Assembly (NCBI RefSeq): GCF_036971445.1
Contig: NC_091472.1
Span: forward strand, 11,966,001-12,030,000
Length of the DNA stretch: 64,000 nucleotides
Direction: 5' to 3'
Source of the DNA: Narcine bancroftii
Taxonomy: Eukaryota
Shown: piece by piece, positions 59,986 through 64,000 of the stretch
Layout of the letters: each line of letters begins with the position of its first letter
How positions within the stretch are numbered: the stretch's first letter is position 1
Notes under the pieces: model-generated
What the model was told of the DNA's origin: nothing
What the model saw: only the letters and a program-made list of their open reading frames with translations
Database searches by the model: none
Made by a program: the position numbers and the translations under genes

Positions 59986-61282
59986 CAATAAATCCATTTC
60001 AAGTCTCAATTGTCCATGGATAAAACCCTTGACCAAAGACTACATCCTCTAATCTTTTTAATATCAGATTAACACTCCACTTTTACTCTCATGGTTCTAT
60101 CAGAATGCTCTTACCTCCGAGCTCCACAATACCTTCTGCTTCTATCATTTATGTGACAATCCCAGGTCTCACACAAAATTAAGCCAACAAACCCAGCTTT
60201 ACTACCTCCCCTCCCTAACCCTTCGGAAGCTTTTGAACAACATCCAAGACCAGATCAGCATCAGACTGATTTGGTTAAATGTAAAAAAACATTGAACCTT
60301 CACCAAAAATTTTACCTTTGCCACTTTTTTCTTTTTAAAAAACATTACTTTCAACTGAGAAAAGTAAACAGATTTACATTCTTAATGGTGTATGAAACAT
60401 ACCGACACCCAGACCTTCCACAGGATGGAGCGGGCTCGATGGGCCATTTTTGGCCAACTCCTGTTCCTACTTCCTGATGTTCCATCTGTTCCAAAGGTGC
60501 AATACAAAATTCCACTTTGACCTCCACTCAATCACCGATTCCCTCATCTGTGCCTTTATTAACTATAAATTTGACCCCAGACTCTCTTTCTAAAAAGAAC
60601 CCCAAAATTTCATCCAGCACAGCATCCTCCTACTTGGTGTATCACAAAGACTACTGGTTAAGTCATAATTTACGACTTGAAAATTCTCACCCACACAGAA
60701 TTTTCCCCACTTGCCCATCTCCCTGCCCCCATTCAATAATTCTGGAGTTACCAATGATGTACTCGGGACTCAAGAAATTAACTATAAGAAACTACTAAAA
60801 CTTTGAAGTTCCTCCCCTCCCCCCCCTCCCCCTCCCCAAGAACAGACCTGCCTCACTTTTAATTTTTCGTTCTTTAAACATGGACCATGAAACCTGACCG
60901 TGACTCAGATCACCTTCTCTAGCCGTTTAAGCCGTTCAAGGAGCCCTGTTGTTCAAAACACAAAGCCGTTCAAGGAGCCCTGTTGTTCAAAAACACAAAA
61001 CGGGAGAAACTCAGTCGGTTCAAGCAATGCGCACGATATCCAGCAAAGAGAAAGCCGAGTCGGCTTGATGAAGGGCTCAAGCATGAAGCGTTGGATATGG
61101 ATCTTTGCTTTGGGAAGGACGCGGCTTGATCTGCTGAGTTTCTGCAGCATGGTTTTAATTTAACCGGCGTACCTTTGTGTTTTACAGCAGCAAGTTTAAT
61201 GTTATTTTCCAAAAAATGAACGGATCCCCCCCCCCCGCCCGTTCTTTAAAAATCATAACCTGCATTGAAACAGCTTTCGCTA

Positions 61283-61997
61283 ACCCCCCCCACCCTCCGC
61301 TTCCCCCCCTCTGTTGCTCTCACCCCGTTTCCCCGTCCCTCCCCCGTCTCCCCCCTCCCCCCCGCTCTCACCCCGCTCTCCCCCCTCCCCCCCGCTCTCC
61401 CCCGCTCTCCCCCCTCCCCCGCTCTCCCCCCTCCCCCGCTCTCCCCCTCCCCCGCTCTCCCCCCTCCCCGCTCTCCCCCCCTCCCCCGCTCTCCCCCCTC
61501 CCCCGCTCTCCCCCCTCCCCCGCTCTCCCCCCTCCCCGCTCTCCCCCCTCCCCGCTCTCCCCCCTCCCCCGCTCTCCCCCCTCCCCCGCTCTCCCCCCCT
61601 CCCCCGCTCTCCCCCCTCCCCCGCTCTCCCCCCTCCCCGCTCTCCCCCCTCCCCCGCTCTCCCCCCTCCCCCGCTCTCCCCCCTCCCCCGCTCTCCCCAC
61701 TCCCCCGCTCTCCCCCCTCCATTTCCCCCCTCCCTGCTCTCCCCTTCCATTTCCCCCCTCCCTGCTCTCCCCCCCTCCATTTCCCCCCTCTCTGCTCTCC
61801 CCCCTCCATTTCCCCCCTCTCTGCTCTCCCCCCTCCATTTCCCCCCTCTCTGCTCTCCCCCCCTCCATTTCCCCCCTCTCTGCTCTCCCCCCTCCATTTC
61901 CCCCCTCTCTGCTCTCCCCCCTCCATTTCCCCCCTCTCTGCTCTCCCCCCTCCATTTCCCCCTCTCTGCTCTCCCCCCTCCATTTCCCCCCTCTCTG
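61283..61997. repeat. C-rich low-complexity tandem array (about 16-17-bp CCCCGCTCTCCCCCCT units changing to about 28-bp CCATTTCCCCCCTCTCTGCTCTCCCCCCT units)
   Basis: Directly visible; runs into the N gap. Confidence 0.9.
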
Positions 61998-61998
61998 A

Positions 61999-62198
61999 NN
62001 NNNNNNNNNNNNNNNNNNNNNNNNNNNNNNNNNNNNNNNNNNNNNNNNNNNNNNNNNNNNNNNNNNNNNNNNNNNNNNNNNNNNNNNNNNNNNNNNNNNN
62101 NNNNNNNNNNNNNNNNNNNNNNNNNNNNNNNNNNNNNNNNNNNNNNNNNNNNNNNNNNNNNNNNNNNNNNNNNNNNNNNNNNNNNNNNNNNNNNNNNN
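61999..62198. other. Assembly gap (200 N)
   Basis: Run of N; the round length suggests a scaffolding placeholder of unknown true size. Confidence 0.97.
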
Positions 62199-64000
62199 TA
62201 TGCTCCGCTATTAAATCCTTAATAATGGATTCCATCATTTTGCCCACTACTGATGTAAGGCTCACATGCCGATAATTCTCCGCTTTTTCTCAACCCCCCC
62301 TTTTTAAATAGTGGGGTAACATTATCTACCCTCCAATCATGGGTACTGATCCTGAGTCTATCGAGTTCTGGAAAATAATTCTTAAAGCATCTGCTATCTG
62401 AATGGCCACTTCCTTGAGTACCCTAGGATGTAGATTATCAGGCCCTTGGGATTTATCTGCCTTCAATCCCATCAATTTCCCCAAGACCATGTCCTTAGAG
62501 ATACTGATTTCTTTCAGTTCCTCCCTTGCATTAGTCTCTATGTTTCCCAACATCCTTGGGAGGTTATTTGTATCCTCTCTTGTAAAAACAGAACTAAAGT
62601 ACGAATTTAATTGGTCTGCCATTTCCTTATTCCCCATTATATATTCCCCTGATTCCGTCTTCAAAGGACCTACTCTGGATTTCACCAATCTTTTCCTCTT
62701 GACATATTTATAAAAGCTTTTGCAGTCAGTTTTTATATTTGCCGCAAGCTTACTTTCGTAATTTATTTTTGCTCTCTTGATTAATCCCTTTGTCCTCCTG
62801 TGCTGCATCTTGAACTGCTCCCAGTCTTCGATTGCGGTACTATTTTTGGCCAATTGATATGCTCTCTCTTTGGACCCAATGCTGTCTCTAATTTCCCTTG
62901 TTATCCACGGTTGAGTCACCTTTTTTGGTTTATTTTTATGCCAAACCGATTTTTGCAATTTCTCCATTGGATCTGTGAATGCTTTCCAATGTCTATCCAC
63001 AGTCAACCCCCCCATAAACACCACCCAATCAATCTTACTCAACTCCCGTCTCATACCATCATAATTCCCTTTATTTAAATTCAGGACCTTAGTCTCGGTT
63101 TTAATTTCATCACTCTCCATGTCGAGTGAGAATTCGATCATATTGTGATCGCTCCTACCCAAAGGGCCTCACACAACAAGATTGTTGATTATCCCCTTAT
63201 CATTGCATAATACCCAATCTAAAATGGCTTGCTCCCGAGTTGGTTCCTCGACATATTGCTCTAGATAACCGTCATGTAAACATTCAAGGAATTCCTCCTC
63301 CTCAGTATTTTTACTAGTTTGACTAGTCCAATCTACATGCAAATTAAAGTCTCCCATGCTGACGGCTGTTCCCTTATTGCACGCTTCTCTAATTTCTCTT
63401 TTAATTAATTCCCTCACCTCTACACTACTATTTGGAGGCCTATATACCACCCCCACTAACGTTTTCCACCCCTGGCTATTCCTCAGTTCTACCCATATAG
63501 ATTCCGCATCTTCTGAGTTAATATCCTTCCTGTCAATCGTGTCGTTTCCTTCTCTCACCGTCAATACTACCCCACCCCCTTTTCTTTCTTGCCGATCCCT
63601 CCTAAATATCGTATACCCCGGGATGTTAAGTTCCCAGGCTTGCCCACCCTGCAGCCATGTTTCTGTAATCCTAATCAAATCATATTTGTTTATCTCAATT
63701 TCCACAGCTAATTCATCTACCTTGTTCCGAATGCTTCTTGCATTAAGATATAAAGACTTCAGATTTGCTTTTTTCACCCTCCTTGCTCTTTCTGATTTTT
63801 TACTTTCGCTGCCTAACCTAACTTTTCCTGTTTTATCTTTTCTGTCCTTTGCCCTATCATACAGTTTCCCATCCCCCTGCCAAATTAGTTTAAACCGCAC
63901 CTGAAGGCTGTACCAAACCTAGCTGCCAATATATTGACCCCTGTTGGGTTTAGGTGTAACCTATCCTTCTTGTAGAGGTCATGCCTTCCCCGAAAGAGAT
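62199..64000 (-). mobile_element. Young CR1 LINE: end of ORF1 (SGNH esterase-like) and ORF2 APE endonuclease through the start of RT
   Basis: ORF1 tail DLYKKDRLHLNPTGVNILA..F with stop at 63885-63887; APE motifs YLNARSIRNK, ITETWL, GVVYRPPN, MGDFN, SDHN; one in-frame TGA at 63169-63171 and a frameshift near 62340. Confidence 0.92.

Noticed and set aside
61177-62275. Long Pro-rich and Gly/Glu/Arg-rich ORFs (extensin-like, or a possible hnRNP U exon)
   Set aside because: They are translations of a low-complexity C/G array and of Ns; there is no SAP domain or splice structure.

Overview
This is eukaryotic vertebrate DNA. The repeat content (V-SINE/HE1-type SINEs, HER1-like CR1, Penelope elements, Rex1, L1, RTE) points to an elasmobranch (shark or ray); that assignment is an inference. 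The window covers the conserved tail-to-tail COX20 / HNRNPU locus. COX20 is complete on the + strand: 4 coding exons at 13774-22505 giving 124 aa, with a CpG-rich promoter carrying NRF1, GABP and YY1 motifs. HNRNPU is on the - strand: coding exons 2-14 at 50858-34408 encode the SPRY domain, the P-loop/AAA domain and the RGG tail. Its exon 1 (SAP domain) is not visible and may lie in the 200-N gap at 61999-62198 or beyond the window. The rest is mostly nested transposon debris. The notable non-gene signals are a near-perfect 51 x 27-bp CpG-rich minisatellite grown out of a dead CR1 inside HNRNPU intron 1, several hammerhead-ribozyme-like cores in Penelope terminal repeats, a young RTE family with a C-terminal CCHC finger, an in-frame uORF upstream of COX20, and an apparently deeply conserved HNRNPU 3' UTR. 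I see no convincing evidence of a wholly new biological system. Exon coordinates were read from splice sites; repeat boundaries are approximate; comparisons to human sequence are from memory.
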